DNA from: Chrysochromulina tobinii | Taxonomy: Eukaryota | Length of the DNA: 46,023 bases | NCBI GenBank assembly: GCA_001275005.1 | Contig: JWZX01003400.1 | Coordinates: 1-46,023 of the forward strand | Direction: 5' to 3' | In this document: in pieces, positions 45,310 to 46,023 of the stretch | Layout of the letters: each line of letters begins with the position of its first letter | How positions within the stretch are numbered: position 1 is the first letter of the stretch | Made by a program: the position numbers and the translations under genes | Notes under the pieces: generated by a model | Databases searched by the model: none | Seen by the model: only the letters and a program-made list of their open reading frames with translations | What the model was told of the DNA's origin: nothing

Positions 45310-46023
45310 ATGGGTGCGGGTGCCTCTCGCAAGGGCAAGGTGGCTGGCGTGGCTTGTGGAACCTGTGGCGCGGCTGGCCACCGAACCGATGCCAAGTACT
45401 GCTACCACTGCTCCGGTGAGCTCGTTAAGGGTACCACGGGAAACGAATCGGCCCCGCAGCACCCGTCGAGCAACCAGACCGCTCGGGGGCCAGACGAGGT
45501 CACCGCCAGCTTGGCCACCCACGGATTTGCGCACTACGCTCCTGCGTTCGGAGATATTGGGTACGACGATCTGGACTACATCAAGAGTTTGTCCCCGGAG
45601 GAGCGTCTGCATGGCACAAAGAGGGTTCGTATGCTCGAGGGTCACGCCGTCAGGTGGAGCAGATCGCTGAGCGGGACTGCGGCGTCGCTCGTAACGGAGG
45701 CGCCGGCGCCTTCGGCCCCTGGCGACGTTGGGGTGCCGCGCGTGTGCCAGCAGAACTCTGACCAGCTCCCCCCCCCCAACGACGACGAGGGGGAGGAGCG
45801 CATCGTTCTTTGGTTCATCAAGGCCGACAAGCTTCGGGACTGCGATGATCAGAAGCTGCCCAGGTTCCAGGACCTGCAGCGCGAAAGGCCCGACTGGTTT
45901 GAAGAAAAGGAGATCACTCTCGAGGGCGCGTGCGAGCACGAGTACGCGGACGAAGTGCTCGCCGTCTCGCACCGCTGGGAGCAGCCAGATGAGCCGGACA
46001 CGCAGGGCAAACAGTTCGCCGCC
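45310..46023 (+). CDS. 5' part of a protein with an N-myristoylation motif, zinc ribbon, SAM-like domain and the start of a HET-like domain (absent from the ORF track; runs off the window)
   Basis: Hand translation is open to the window end: MGAGAS, CGTCG...H..DAKYCYHC, LATHGFAHYAPAFGDIGYDDLDYI, VLAVSHRWEQPDEPDTQGKQ. Confidence 0.8.
   Translation, partial: MGAGASRKGKVAGVACGTCGAAGHRTDAKYCYHCSGELVKGTTGNESAPQHPSSNQTARGPDEVTASLATHGFAHYAPAFGDIGYDDLDYIKSLSPEERLHGTKRVRMLEGHAVRWSRSLSGTAASLVTEAPAPSAPGDVGVPRVCQQNSDQLPPPNDDEGEERIVLWFIKADKLRDCDDQKLPRFQDLQRERPDWFEEKEITLEGACEHEYADEVLAVSHRWEQPDEPDTQGKQFAA

Overview
GC-rich eukaryotic nuclear DNA with spliceosomal GT-AG introns. The gene content and intronic minisatellites suggest a haptophyte alga such as Chrysochromulina or Emiliania (inference). 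About 20 protein-coding genes are supported: a histidine phosphatase, a TPMT/HOL-type methyltransferase, a phytochelatin-synthase-like peptidase, a coiled-coil protein, an RNI-like LRR protein, a WD40-ankyrin protein, a 13-exon kinesin-ARM-calpain III-CaaX protein, an MFS transporter, a GH65 glycosidase, an EF-hand protein, a RING-PDZ protein, an HTTM membrane protein, a ~2000 aa DnaJ-FN3-UIM-kinase-U-box protein and a truncated myristoylated SAM/HET-like protein. The strongest signal is intron architecture. I placed 28 frame-consistent introns by hand. About 24 are filled with sense-oriented 10-12 nt tandem repeats built on a branch-point-like YTGAK core. Many are bounded by, or contain, direct copies (about 8-48 nt) of the adjacent exon junction, and some are stacks of GT...AG mini-introns. 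This looks like ongoing intron creation or expansion by junction duplication plus repeat fill-in. All gene models are read by eye without transcript evidence. No RNA genes, CRISPR arrays or transposase/RT genes were recognised.
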